Shown piece by piece: positions 1 to 13,500 of a stretch of DNA of 64,000 bases (its first letter is position 1; every line of letters begins with the position of its first letter). The translations under genes and the position numbers were made by a program. Under the pieces are notes generated by a model. The model was given only the letters and a program-made list of their open reading frames with translations. It did not search any database and was not told where the DNA came from. This DNA comes from Vicugna vicugna. Taxonomy: Eukaryota. The stretch covers positions 2,023,003 through 2,087,002 of the forward strand of contig MU058065.1 in the NCBI GenBank assembly GCA_013265495.1, read 5' to 3'.

Positions 1-44
1 CACAGATCAGGCTTCCATTCTCTAGAAGCCAGAGATAAGAGATT

Positions 45-650
45 GTCTCAGTCATCTGGGGCTGCCATCACAAAATACCACACCTTGGGGGGCTTAAACA
101 ACACACATTTATTTCCCACAGCTCTGGAGTCTGGGAAACCCGAGCTCAAGCTGCCAGCTTGGCTGGGTTCTGATGTGAGCTCTTGTCCAGTCTTGTAGCA
201 GGACACTTTCTTGCTGTGTCCTCACGTGGCAGAGAGAAAGAGAGAGAGAGAACTCTCTCATATCTCTGATTTTTTTAAAAAATTGAGGTATAACGACATA
301 TAACACTATATTAGTTTCAGGCGTGCAACATAATGATTCCCTATTTGTATGTATTGCAAAATGATTACCACAATAAGTCTAGTTAACATTTGTCACCATA
401 CATGATGACAAAATTTTTTCTTGGGATGAAGATTTTTAAGATGTGCTCTCAGCAACTTTCAAACATGCAATCGAGTATTATTAAGCGTAGTCACCACGCT
501 GTGCAAAAACACCCCTCCACTTACACTTCCTCATCTCTTATGAGGGCACTAACCCCATCCACGAGGACTGCGCCCTCATGACCTAATTACCTGCTGAAGT
601 TCCCGCCTCCAGCTCCCACCACGCCGGGGTTAGGGCTTCCACATTTGAAT
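45..650 (-). mobile_element. MaLR LTR (MLT1A-like) split by an L1 fragment
   Basis: Reverse-complement MLT1A motifs (ggcttaaacaac..atttattt; gggcactaaccccat..ctcatgacctaattacc) on both sides of the L1. Confidence 0.75.
270..505 (-). mobile_element. L1 3' end fragment (L1MA9-like) nested in MLT1A
   Basis: PolyT followed by aattgaggtataa..tttcaggcgtgcaacataatgatt..attaccacaataagtctagttaacat. Confidence 0.75.
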
Positions 651-784
651 ATAGCATTTGCATCTTGGCATTTTCTCTTGCTTTGCGCCGTGGTCTAAAT
701 CACGAAATTAAGCATGGCAGTTTCAGCAGGACTTTGTAGTGGGCTGTGTAAATGCATACTTTGTTTTTCAGCCTATTGTCAATG

Positions 785-803
785 TGTCACTAGAGGGCAC
801 TGT
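785..803 (+). promoter_or_regulatory. CTCF-like motif
   Basis: TGTCACTAGAGGGCACTG matches the CTCF core CCASYAGRKGGCRS with one mismatch. Confidence 0.5.
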
Positions 804-1619
804 TGTGACATAATCGACTCACTATGGGGCCACCTCCAAGCTTTTCCCCGTTGCTTCAACCCATGAACACAAAGTAGATATTGTTCAATTATGTCCAGAA
901 AATTTCCTCATAGGAGTCTCGGTGGAAGGCAGAGCCCACTGGAAATACCTTCCATCCCCGTGTCCCCCTGACGTGGTCACAAGGCCTAGACTTCACCAAT
1001 CATATGTCCTCCCCTGGAGTTTTGATGCGGGAAAACTTCTTTAGGGTCGGGGATGCGGGCTGCCCTCCCAGGGACAAGTGAAGTCAGTCTTCGGCTTCGG
1101 AGCCCTCAGCCCACTCGGGTGCAGGGGCCTGGTGTCGGCGGTGAGTCATCCTCCTTTTGTTCTTTGGCATTTTCTGAGCCAGTTTTCCAGCCTTCTGATA
1201 AATTCATTCTCAACTTGAATCAGCTACAATCAATTCTATTTTTGCACCAAATAACCGAGATTGATACAGTGTGAAACACTGATAGAGGTTAGGGCCAAGT
1301 ACAAAATTGGGGCACATTGTTAGGGAATTGCATTTTCAAAGGGGTAAACAAAGATGTTGAAAATCAGTCATTTGAGGATTCAATATCTCTTTGAAGTTCT
1401 TTTGGCTTTGATTCTTTTGACTCTTCCTTTTCATTGCTTCTTTCTTCTCCCTCACAGTAGTCAGGAGACCTACCCCCGCCCCTTTAGTCGGCTGAGGAGG
1501 CAGGATGGCACTCACAGAGCGGGGGCAGGGTCCCTTCTGAGAAGCAGGGCTGCCTCTAGACTCTTGTCCAGGGAAGACAAAAGAACCTTCTGTGCTACAC
1601 ATGGTCTGGTTTAGTCATC

Positions 1620-2070
1620 AGGACAGAATTGGTTAGAGCCCTTTCATTGATAAGCAAGAGAGACTGAGAACTAGCTTACACAGAAAGAGGAAAGAAGGAA
1701 AGCTACTGAGTCATTTCAATAAAGGCCAGCTTCAGGAAACCACCGTCTCAGTATCGCATCCCACCAGTGTAGCCCCCTAGTGGAGAGAGGGAGTATCTTC
1801 TCAGAGTTTCAGAGGAAAATTCCCAGACAGGGCTCTGATTGGCCTGGCCTGGGTCACATGACCCTTCCTGGGCCAATCACTGTGTCTGGATGGTGGGGTT
1901 CTCTGACAGGTGAGGCTGTGGATCTGTGTCTATTTATGTGAATGAGATTTGGTGGGACACCTGGGCAGAGTCAGCCACATGAGCAACATGTGGGTCCACA
2001 GAGGAAAGGGATTATTTTATTAATCAGAAGAAGTGAGAAGAGATATTAGTAGGCGACAAAAGCAGATGTC
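1620..2070. mobile_element. Old MaLR LTR (MLT1J/K-like)
   Basis: ggctctgattggcctggcctgggtcacatgacc..gccaatcactgtg motif. Confidence 0.55.
1770..1786 (-). promoter_or_regulatory. CTCF-like motif
   Basis: Minus strand reads CTCCACTAGGGGGCTA. Confidence 0.5.
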
Positions 2071-2238
2071 CACTTATGGCCAAAACTGTAGCTGGTAACC
2101 AAGGAAGAACACCTCTGCATGGTCCCTGTGAGCATGCCCCTGGATCCTGATCACCTCTTCCTTGCAAAGAGCAGGTCTTTTAACACGTGAGATCTTCCAG
2201 CATGGCCACCATCTGCCCCTTTTGTTTTCTTTAAAACC

Positions 2239-2570
2239 TGTATTAGTTTCCTAAAGCTGTTGGAACAAATGACAGTAAACACCATGATGTAACGTAACAT
2301 AAAGTTATTCTCTCAAGCTATTCTTTGGATGCAAAACTCGAATCTCTGCCTTCATCTTCACATCACCTTCTTCTCCACTTCTCTGTCTCTTATGGTGACA
2401 CTTGATATTGGATTTAGGCTCTCCCCTGCCTCCCCAATATTTCAGGAAGATGTCATCTCAAGATATTTAACTTGATCACATCAGCAAAGACCCTTTTTCT
2501 AAATGAGGTCACATTCACAGGTTTTGGAAGTTAGGATATGGACATGGCGGACCACCATTCAATCCACCCC
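2239..2570 (-). mobile_element. MaLR LTR (MLT1B/C-like)
   Basis: tgtattagtttcc..gcaaagaccctttttctaaatgaggtcacattcacagg. Confidence 0.7.
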
Positions 2571-2686
2571 AGAGCCCTTCTAATCATATGGTTTGTAATT
2601 TTCTGGTTTAGTTATTTATTTCTATTGCTTGTCACTCTCCTTTGGCCCACCCTACTCCTTCCCTCTCCCTGCCCCCATCTCTTAGA

Positions 2687-2710
2687 CACACACACACACA
2701 CACACACACA
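2687..2710. repeat. (CA)n microsatellite, followed by an L2 3' fragment to about 2830
   Basis: Direct reading. Confidence 0.85.
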
Positions 2711-3739
2711 TAATCTCCATCAGAGTTAGGACCTGTCTGTCATCTTTATAACTGTATTCATAAGGCCTAACACTATGCCTAAACCACAGTAGACACTCAG
2801 TGAGTATAAGCTGATTGAAGAAAAGAATGAAAGAGTTAATTTTCTTGGATCGTGTCCCATTAGCACTTCATCAATGTATTAGTGAGCTCCTAGCCCACTG
2901 TATCAGTGTTGGGTGTGTATGTAAATCTGTTCCCTATTTTAATACGTTCTCGCTGAGGCCTGTTTTTTGTAATTCTGGGCAATCGCTTTTGCCCTTGAAT
3001 CCACAGTAATGAAGTTTATGTGCCAACTAATGTGCTACGTGTTGCCCTAAGAATTAATAGTAGATAAAGGCACATAAAATACATATTGCATAGGTTTAGT
3101 TTTATTATAATTGCCTGTCCAGCTGAAAATAATTTTGGCTTCCCCCTTCTCCCAATATTTGTCTCATCTCAAATTACAGATTAATTTAGCAGTCATGGAC
3201 CATGTGTGCCTAGAGCCTTTAAGTTTTTTGGCTTTTTTTGTTTGTTTGTTTTTGGTCTAACTCTCCTTTTTCAAATCAGTCACCATCTTCAATTTTTATT
3301 TCCTTAACTTGGCCATGAGCAGTTGAGGCATGAAAGGGGGGCTTCAGATGGACTCTGAACTGGTTCCAATAGGTTGAAAAGTAGGAGGTCAGTCTTGTTT
3401 CTGACTTACATATGATTTTTTTAGAAAATTAAAATTAACATGCTCTGCCACCTAAGTCAGCCCGAAACCCCTACTGGCCAGAAATTTTCATGGAGTGATT
3501 TCTATTGAGATGCTTCACAGACACAGAGATGATGAAGTGGTAGTCACAGTGCCCAAGCTCTCAGGTTGGCGTGTGACCACCATGTGTACCCGGAGGGTTT
3601 CCAACCCAGCAGTTCTTTCTTGAGCACCTCCCACCAAGCAGCCCAGGGCTAGATACTGAGGAAATATTTGCCTGGTTTGGGACCGGAGAGATTTAAGGGA
3701 TTTCTTGCAGTTTTCTCCTTGAGAGAGAAGTTCTCACAT

Positions 3740-5100
3740 TTTTGAGGAAAGCAGCCAGCGTACAGCAGAGAACCGGGTTTCAGTTCCTTTGCACGTTGCC
3801 GGGTTAGTGAGCGCGCTTTAAAGGGCCTTGCAGACACCGCAAAAATGTTCCGCAAGTGGAGAAGCATAAAAACCTAACAGTCTTGCTGCACGTGGTGACC
3901 CACGTAACACAGGCCCCCTGCGGAAAGAAAAGCAGACTGAGAGCAGGTCCCGGAGACTCATACTTAGTGAGCCGACCACCTCCTTACACGGCTTCGCGCT
4001 GGGTTTTACCGCACTGATGGCGGCCGGAGTTTGCTTTCAGTCACACCCGTGCAAGTCTCGGCGAGGCTGAGTAATTCAGTGTGAAATTTGACTTTGGGAC
4101 AATTTGCAAGTTGTCTATGAAAACGAGGTATTCCAATGAAGCAGCTGAAGTTTATAGGAAACTTTTCCCCCCTTCTTGTTTCCTGTTTCTTTTTGTTTCC
4201 TTTTGCATAGTTTAGAAAAGTGGCAAAGGTCTAGCTGTGCCCTGGGAATCCCTTGTGAGGTCTGAAAAATGCCCCCCCCATCTCTTGAATTTAATATGTT
4301 GGTCATCATTCAGGTAGACTACAGACTGGCCTGGTCTGTGCTGTATTGTGCTGAAATGAGGAAGATCAATGTCAGGTTTCGTAAGGTCACTTTTGCAGAA
4401 AGCCTGCAGAGCTGGATGAAAACGGAAAGGAACGGAGTGAAATAAACCAATATCCTTTTGGCTGTCACTTGTGGTGGTGACCAGGGGGCCGAGGACCCTT
4501 GCTCAAGTGGGGTGAGGAGAGGAGCACTTGGGAATAAGCGATGAGGAGAGAGGTTTTTAAATGTGTTAAGAAGTGCCAGAACCTCGGAAGTTTTACACAA
4601 AGGCAAAGGCTTTTTTGCTTCTTTGAGTCAATAGCTCTGTGGGTTCTGCTTAATTATCCCTGGGTCACGTCACACAAAGATCCAGTGAGGTCAGCTTTCT
4701 CGGGAGGCGTGAGCGACTCCGGGAGCCGGCAGGGATTGTGGGTCCGGTTCTGCCCCGAGGGAGACAGAAGGAAGCAGGGAGTGTTGTGTCCCTGGTGGGA
4801 GATTTTAGTATCAGACAAGAGGCAGCCAGAGAAGGAAGGAATGAACCTACTGGGCCGGAAGCCAAACACAGGAGCACGAGCGGGGGTGGGAATCAGGCCA
4901 AGATCTCACTCTCAGTTGCCCACGGCCGGGGCAGCAGGAACTTTTGTTTAATGTGACGAGAGCTGAACCAAGTTCCCCGACGCTCTGTGGATGCGTTGCC
5001 ATGGGGAGAAGTGAGGGACCCTGAGCATCTTAGATATGGTGCCTTAGCCGGTGTGGGCTCAGAGCCAGAGCCCACTGGCTTCGAGCCCGGAACTAAGGTG
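3740..5100. promoter_or_regulatory. CpG-enriched promoter-like region (clusters about 3750-4075 and 4660-5090)
   Basis: Many intact CpGs against a CpG-depleted background; E-box CACGTG about 3889; CRE-like TCACGTCA about 4665; partial X-box GTTGCCATGG about 4996; no recognisable repeats. Confidence 0.55.
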
Positions 5101-5204
5101 AGGCTCTGAAGGCAAGAGAAAGTGATGCTGGTGTGTGTGTGTCAGTCTGCCTGCCTGCCCGCCTGCCAAGAGGACACACAGACAGGTGTTTAGTAGGATA
5201 TGTT

Positions 5205-5410
5205 CGAGGCCGTGTTCTAAGACATTTTTGGTGTACAAGTCCTAAGATTTTTTACATATATTAACTCACTTAATCCTCACAACTCTGCAAGGGAGGTACC
5301 ATTACCATCCTCATTCAACAAATGAGGAAACTGAGGCAAACAGAGTGTGAGTAGCTTGTACAACTAGTAGGTGGAGCCCAGGCTGTCTGGCCCAGAATTC
5401 CTGACTCCTC
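5205..5410 (-). mobile_element. MIR SINE
   Basis: taactcacttaatcctcacaac..aatgaggaaactgaggca core. Confidence 0.75.
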
Positions 5411-5434
5411 ATTATCTCAATCTATGTGAAATAC

Positions 5435-5710
5435 ATGGCAGAATAATGACCCCCAAAGATACCCAGCTCCCAATCCCTGGAATCTGTGAATGTTGCATGA
5501 TGTGGTGAAGGAGACTTTGCAGATGTGATTAAGGTAAGATTTACAGAGGGCACCTTATGGGCGACCAGGACCCTTGAGAGCATCTGCACGGGCTCAGCAG
5601 GGAGAGGGTCAGTGGGTGGAAAGCCATGTCCTACCCAGGCTATTTTGACCTCAAACAGGTGGAAGCAGCAACTGGAAAAAGGCAGGAGAGACACTTGCCA
5701 CTAGGGTAAT
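5435..5710 (+). mobile_element. MaLR LTR (MLT1C/D-like)
   Basis: ggcagaataatgacccccaaagat..gactttgcagatgtgattaag. Confidence 0.7.
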
Positions 5711-5769
5711 CTTCATCAAGGAGTCTTAGTGGGCTGACCCAGAAACCATATACTAAAAATCTCTAGTGA

Positions 5770-5995
5770 AGAGGGAGGGGCAAGATGGAGGTGGAGGATT
5801 AAGAGGCACAAAATATCAGGTATAAAAGGAGCTACAAGGATGTATTGTACAACATGGGGACTACAGCCAATATATTATAAACTAAAAATTGTGAATTACT
5901 ATATTGTATACCCGTAACCTATAATATTGTACAGCATCTGTACTTCAATTTAAAAAAATATGATATTGTAAAATAAATACATAAATAAAAAAATC
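5770..5995 (+). mobile_element. L1 3' end fragment
   Basis: gctacaaggatgtattgtacaacatgggga..tgtacttcaattt followed by an A-rich tail. Confidence 0.7.
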
Positions 5996-8789
5996 TCTGC
6001 AGTACTTTTATGTAAGAAGTACGATGCTTAGTTTATATTCATGTTAAAGAGATCTTTATATTTGTATTATTTTTTATCCATCATAAAAATTAACCTTAGG
6101 TTAAAAAAAATGATGATTCACAGAGGCAGTCAAATTATATAATAAAAGGGTTAAAAAAATCTCAAAATACTTTTTGCTTATTTTCATTGCTCAGTAAACC
6201 GTCTGCCAAGTGAACCTACTAGGTCGTCACTAGGCCAGGTTAGTTGGACACCAAATACAAGTTGTCCACCTAGATAAGTGAGGTTTCCAAGCGTAGACAA
6301 CTTTTGCCACTTCATTTCTGTCTCTGAAGTAATTGTGGGTAGTAAAGATTCATAACGTGCTTTATAGGAGCATAAACTCTTGTCAGGTGGCAATGGTCTA
6401 CTTGAATTAATCAAGAGAGTACTAGTTTTTTTTTTTTTTAAAGTGACTTTTAAGTCTTTATCAATCTCCACCTTGACAATGAAAAGGTAAAGGGTCACTG
6501 AGTACTTGTTTTGCCCTTGGACTTGTGCCACATGCTTTGCACGCATGATCTCAGAACCTTCTGAGTTGGTGCTGTGTTGGCTAGGATAGGTAACTGGCCT
6601 GAGGGCATTCTGCTGGTAAACTTCTAAATTTGGATTACCAGCCGAGACAGGTTGGCTCCTGAAAATCACAAAGGGGCCCAGTACTTTCTGATGGCGGTGA
6701 CATGGAGCAGTTCAAAGAACACAGCAGCGGCAGAGAATGAACTTGGTGGGAAGGTGAATGCAGAATGGACTGTTTCTTCTCAGTGGGAAGAAGAATGAAG
6801 GATTATGTTTTGAATGAATAAAAAATACCTACATGCAAAATTTCATCAAACTAAAAGAAATACATACTCTTCATGGTACTCTAGTCTGGTATTTGTTCAA
6901 AGGGACTCGAGTTCCTTGCCTTATATTAGGATGCACATCTTAAAGAAAAATGGTATTAAGGCTTGGCTTCAGCAAGTGGGTGGGCTTCCAGTAGGCTGGC
7001 ATTGCCAGTGTCCCCATCCAGTGAGTAGGCTGGGAGCAGAAAGAGCCAGCCCAGGGACAGAGCATGGCTGATGGTAAGGGACATGGATAGGGACTGGCAG
7101 TCCCAAACCAGGTCTCAAAGTGTCACAGACACGTGCAAGTCAGGGAAGTCACCACTGCCGAAGGGACAGGGTAGGGGCTGTGTGGAGGTGGTGTGACGGT
7201 GGGAGGTCAGGTTGAAGCCAGACCCCCTGTGAGAACAGAAGAGAATAAAGCTGGCTTTGAAGAACCCCTGCTACTTGGGGTAATGTAGTGCAAAGAGCCA
7301 ATTTTAGACTTCTCATCAGGAAAGCTTCCAAAACCATGCCTTACTGGAGCTCTCCAAGCCAGTATGACCCCAGACGATGCCAAGGATGCACTCAAGTTTC
7401 CATCTTGCTCTTAAAGCCTAGACTATGTGTTGAAGTAATCCTGGAAGGTCTGTATTGAAACCAGGAATCTTTGGACTTCTCTCAGAGCAGCACTCAGTAG
7501 TCATACAGTTCAATTGCACTGAAAAAAAAGATCTGAACAGGGAAAAGGTGTCACACGTCTGCAGCGTACACTCTCGCCGTTTTAATGAGTATGCACAAAT
7601 TCTCAGAGCATTGATGGCATCTGTATTACATGAGTAGGGCACTGTTGCCACCTTGTGATCAGAGATAGAAGTGTTTTTATTCTGGGAGTTGATTGTGTAA
7701 TACTTCATTTCAATATGAATTAACTTCCCTCATCTGCTTCTGATCAACTCTTTCTTTCTTCTTGTTTGGTTGTTTTACATATATTTACAAGAATTTGTAC
7801 TAAAAACAAAACAAAACAAAACTCTTCATTAAAATGGGGGGAAAACCCCACCCCAAGCCATTAGAAGCAAGGAAGGGGCCAATGGCACTGTGTCTCTTGC
7901 TGACACCTGTTCTCAGTAGAGCTGAATCTGGTAGCTTTGGGGCCAAATAGCAAGATACCTGTTAGATTAAATCCTAGGTACTCTAAACTGTTTTAGACAT
8001 CCCTTTAGGTAAATATTAAAAAGCTCTCTGCGTTTAATTGTCAAAGATGATTGGAGCTGCCTCCGAGTTTCATTTAACACAATTTTTGTGGGGGTGGTGG
8101 TGAGGGAATTATTACAAAATCCGGCTAAACCTTATCCAGAGAGAATATTCCTTACCACTGAAAATTAAAATAAGCAAAATATGACAAGCAGGAAAAACTT
8201 CACATTGATTCTAAACTAATGTAAACCTTTTGTTTTTTAATTCACAAACTGGCTCCCCCACCCCTGGTATGGGAAGATCCTGGATTTTAAATGTCATCTG
8301 CCTCCTGAAAATGCAGCTTTTCACCCATTGCTTTCTCATCAGTTGCCTTTGTAATTTGCCTGCTTCTCCAAGGCCACCCGTGGTTTGGCTACGACACTAT
8401 TGTCATGAGAAGTTGTCCTTACAATACTTCTTCCTGACCTTTCATTATTTCTAACTGGACCCCTCTCATCACTCCCTGACCCCTCCATCTCAGGATCCCA
8501 CCTTTTTTGTTGTTGTCATCTAACACTGAGCATGATAGGAGTATGTGTTTGCAGGGGGCAAATGCAGGTCTTTTTTGTTTCTATTGGTTTAAAATAAGAA
8601 TCTAGGCCTTGCTCAGATATGTTCAGCAACAGCTCAGATAAGTAAGGAACAAATCAGGATCCTAAAATATGGAAGCTACCTGGTACTGAAAGCCAGGCGT
8701 TGCCTGATCAAATGAGGATGCCTGAATTGTTAGTGCGAAATGCCTCCTGGACAGCTACAGGGTTCTAATCTTCCAGGAAAAAAACAAGA

Positions 8790-9349
8790 GGGGACAGGAA
8801 GGAAGGGGCTAGGGCACAGCCATTCAAGGAATGACACAGCGATTCATACCAAGATGGCAGAAAATCCAACTCCCAACGGACCTTGGGGCCCAAGATGGGG
8901 GATGATGTGACTTCCAGCAGACCTTGAGCTTCATTGCACACTCGCTGTGACACCTTGACATGGTAAATGGCACTCCCACAAGCACCAAGGCGCTTCCGAG
9001 GCTGACCTCAAAAGGTCAAAAAGTGGATGGAGCCCAGTTCCTGGGAATCCCCATCCCTTCCCCAAAGTAGTTGGAGTAACTCTCCCACTTGTTAGCATAT
9101 GAAGTTACTGAGCCCATAAAAATGAACAGCCCCTCACCTGGCGGCCTTTCTCTCGTCTGCTGAAACCGCCTGCACTCTGTCTGTGAAGTATGCATCTCTC
9201 TGAATAAATCTGCTTTCACTTACCTGTGGCTCGCTGTTGAGTCCTTTCCCGCTCGAAGCCAAGGACCCACACTTGGTGGGGCACGTCCCAGGGGCTCAGC
9301 TGAGACCTGGGACACGGCCATTCTCTCACCCCGACGTGCTCCTGTATCA
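8790..9349 (+). mobile_element. ERV1 solo LTR (MER41-like)
   Basis: ccaagatggc motifs, TATA-like cataaaaa, AATAAA about 9203, ends ..tgtatca; 5' boundary approximate. Confidence 0.7.
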
Positions 9350-10649
9350 AGTCAAGAATGACGACGGTCTGAGACTAAAGTTAAAACCACTCCTTGTTTC
9401 ACTGCGGCCCCTTGGCCCCTGCGTGGAGGTAGGCCTGGGAAGATGGGACCCCTTAGCTGCGCTGGGATAACACTCGGATAACAGATGCATCAGGGTTTCC
9501 TGAGAACTTGACATCGACGGTCCTGTTCATCCCGCATACCTTTCCGTCAGAGCGAGTTTGATTTCTTGGGGATAAGTATTGAGTTCTGGGCCAGTGTCAA
9601 GACATCATGTCTGAAGCCCTTCCTAAACTCATCCCCTCTTAGACCTGATAATTGCAGCATTCCTTTTAGCTTCCAGCTCTGCAAAAATGCTAGTAATTGA
9701 GTGCTCAAGGGGGCAGGATTCTGGTACCATTAAAAGGCTCCATTACCACCTGGACCTGTGACCTTTCTTACTGACTGTTGAACCTTCCTGGAGCTCTGGA
9801 CTGAGTTTCTGCCTGATTAGGAAGTGGTGAGAGGACAGATCTCTCCGGACTATCCAAGGAGGCTCCAGCTGCCCTAAGATGTAAGCATCACTGCTCCCGT
9901 TTCATACTCTGCACAGGTGCGTGTGCTGCTTTGCAGCTTTTCATGTAGTTCTTATTCTCCTAAATAAGTTAGAAGCTCTTTCAGGGGCAGGGAACCTATC
10001 AACTGCCTTTAGCTCTCAAGGAGGCCCTGGAAATTTGTAGGAACTCAGTAGTGTTTCCAGTTGATAATCAGATAGATAATAAAGAACGAGGAGGAGGAAG
10101 AGCAGGAGGAGAAGCGGGCAATGGACAGATGTCAACATATCCAAGGGAATCCGAAGGATGACATGAAGCCCAAGGTTCAAAAACCTGTATTCAAGCGGGA
10201 CGGTCACACCTAGTGCAGTCCGGGGGGGACGATGGCTTTGTTGGCATCTTGTTATTTTATGCTTGGAGTCTGGGGTTATCCAGCAGGAGACAACGAAGAG
10301 TGAGGCAGGTTGTTCACAGATGAGGGGAAAAGTCAAGGAAACTGGCCAGTAGAGGGGAGTAGAGGCACTTCTCTCCATCTCCTGTTCTCACCCTGGTTCC
10401 CGCCCTCAGGAGCTCCTGCAGCCTGAGGTCTATCTCCCCCCACCCCGACAGAACCAGGGAGAAGCCACTGTTAGGCAGAGTTGACTCTTGCTGGTGGAAA
10501 AGTTCCCAAAGCTATCTTTCTAGAAGTTGTATCTCTTTCAATTTCAAGTTGTGATCATGATGATTTTTTAGATGCATAGAACTGAGCTGATCATATGCCT
10601 AATTACATAGCCTACAAACACTATAGTTCTCTGTTTCAACCTCTCTGTC

Positions 10650-11450
10650 ACTATTTTATTTTAATTCTATTCTATTCTATTCTCTCTTTGCTCCTGGTCC
10701 CCGGTCTTATCCCCCTCCTGCGTCTGGTGTATTTACTATACGTCTTTCCAAATGTCTTTGTAACTTTCTTTGTGTGTGTGTTCATGAGAAACAGAGAGCA
10801 TTGCTTTCTGTTTTAGAAAACGCACTTAAGCGGCATTGTGCCCTCAATCAGTTCTGTTCCTTCTTCTCTTTTTTCAATCAACATAGGGTTTGGAGATGTG
10901 CTCATGTTGCTCTATGTACTGCTTGCTCCTTCCTATCCGCCCCTTTCCCTCTGTGCAACAATCTATGCATACATGTGGAGCACATTTTGCTGATCTGTCC
11001 CCACGCTGTTGGGCAACTTCATGGTCTCTAACTCCTGGAAGCCCCAGCGCTGTACTCTACCCACTAACACTTGGTCTCTTGAGCATCTGTGAGAGAATTT
11101 TTTCAGGGAAATAAACTTAGAAATAGAGAGCTGTGTCTGAGGAAATAGGTTTCCTGATGTCACAAAATCCTGACAGATTTCTCTCCTAATGAACACACAA
11201 GCTATGTTTCCACCAGCAGTGTATAGGTTTCTTGTTTTTCCACATGATTTGATCGAAATTCTGAATTTTTGACCATCTGATGGGTAAAAATAGTTTCTCA
11301 AGGTTTTTTTTTTTTATTTTGCATTTCTCTGATGCTAGCAAGGAGTTAGTTTTCTTTTATGAATTGCTTTGCTATCCTCTGTCCACTTTCCTCTTGGGTG
11401 TCCTGTGTTTTCCCCCTCTCACTTATAGGACTTCCATCAATACACTAAAT
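10650..11450 (-). mobile_element. Old L1 (L1M) fragments
   Basis: Typical reverse L1 ORF2-end/3'UTR phrases (cccaccagcagtgtatagg; ttttgcatttctctgat). Confidence 0.55.
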
Positions 11451-11849
11451 GTGCTATAACTTACCTGATTCTTTTCTAGTCACAATAAAGGTGAACTACA
11501 AACAATTTATCTGGGTCTAAATAAACTGACACAGAAGGTTAAATATTTGTTGCCCTGACATGACCTGTCCATTTCAAAGCTGGGGGAGAAGAAAGGTCAC
11601 AAAAGGAGCTGCAAACACCAGAGTAAGGATGCTTTCATCTGCAAGCAGAAGCTCAACTCAACTTAATTTAAGCATCAAGGAGGACCATAGTGGCTCAGAG
11701 AAGTTTAGGAAGGTCAGCCTTCAGGCAGGGCAGGATAGAGGTTTACAGAGGTCACCTTTTCATCTCTTGCTTCCGGCTTCCAAACTGGCCTTGCTGCACA
11801 GCAGGCTTCCTCTGTAACAAGAATGGCCCCGGGCTCCGCAAGAGAATGG

Positions 11850-13090
11850 GTGCTTGTGAGCTCCAGGTCAAAGTCAGTGTTTCGGTGTCATTGAGGGAGA
11901 AGTCTGTACTCAAGATTACTCAGAGTCTAATTGGCATACATAAAATTCATATTTGACTTTAATAAGTCAAAATTTGACTTTACTGAAACTTGTATAACTT
12001 TCATAAGTTAAAAAGTCCTTTCTACTAGTCTTCAGTAAGTGACAAATTTAGAAGCCTAATTCTCCCTCAGACTTTAAAAATTAAATTACAGATCTTACAA
12101 ACCTAGCAAACTTTAACAGTCACTTTTAAGGGGGCTTTTATCATCTAATAAAATTCTCTTAAATGTTGAAACTTTACTTGTAAATTTAATACATTCAGTT
12201 TTCTTTGAAGTCCTTCAAAGTCAGTTTAACAAACAAACCTTTCCAAGTATTTAGATGATCTGATAAATCAAATACATTAAAACCGTAAATATGGAGAATC
12301 ATCAATTCTCTTAAATGTTCTCATGTCATTTACAACCTGAGTTAACTTCTCTCATGCCTTTCACCTTACAAACTCAGGTCTAAATCAGTTACCCAAATGT
12401 CCTTTTGCATTGGAGCAACTAGATTAAGCTAAGTACTCAAATTCTTTTAAGCATTACCAGTGCTTAAACTATCCAATGTGCAGAGATTAATTTTATTTCC
12501 TTATTTAATGAGATTGTGTACAATCTGAAGTCTTGGTCAGGACATCACATGCTGGGGAGGGTGCTGTTCTCAAAGGGGGACAAGAGCCCTGTTTAAGGGC
12601 CATTGAGCCAACAGAAACTTTGAGTCCATGCCTGTCAAATGGGGTGGACTTACAGCCCTTCTCAAATGACTGCACACATAAGTTAGTTCTGAAATCAGAT
12701 TTGAGAATGAAAGTCCCTGCCCAGACACTTTCAATGTTGGATTGGATTCAACTATCTATTAATTCTTTGATTTTATCCTAAATTTTTTTCAGAGCCCTAT
12801 TATCTAGTAGGACCAAAACACTTATAATTTTGTAAATACACCTGACTGACTTCTGCATGCCTCCGAAGGACTGGTCAGGCTCTGCGGTCACAAATCCAAA
12901 TTCATACTAATGACACTCCACAGCAGAAAAAGCCTCTTTCCAAGAATAAACCACAGTGCTCACTGAGAGGACTCAGCTGGCTCTGTTCATGGTGTCTGCT
13001 CATTTCTAGAATAATCTCTGTATCCTGGACTCTGGAATATTTGGAATGGCTTATCTTGAGAAAGAGACTGTCTCTTCTTCATGGTGATAT
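11850..13090. mobile_element. Probable ERV1 (MER4-group) non-coding internal fragment
   Basis: AT-rich segment with an internal direct repeat (aattctcttaaatgtt at about 12152 and 12305); resemblance by eye only. Confidence 0.35.
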
Positions 13091-13500
13091 TAGGAAAAAA
13101 CAAATATTTAATATACACATTTATAAGTAACTAAACATAACTATGTATTAATGTGTGTATGTGCATCTTGTAGTTATAATATGGTACATAAAATCATGAG
13201 ATAAGCATACCTATGTATTCCTTTTTTAAAGGAAATATGTTGTATTTTATTAAATATCTTTCGGAAATAATAAAAATGATCACATACTTTTTCTGCAGTT
13301 TACTAAAGTAGTAAATTATATCATGGTAAATTATAGTAATTTCCTAATGTTGAAAACTTCCATCACTTCCCTAATGTTGAAATATGAATCCCACCTGGAG
13401 TCATGTATTACTGCTTTAAAACTTCTGGCTAATATATTGTTTTATTACGGTTGTATTTATCATTGAAATTTTCCTGTAATTTTCTCTTTCAATTTTTTAT

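Noticed and set aside
4117..4127. ATGAAAACGAG|gt as the first coding exon
   Set aside because: Its phase-2 end leads to stops in the next candidate exons; better treated as 5'UTR/uORF if spliced at all.
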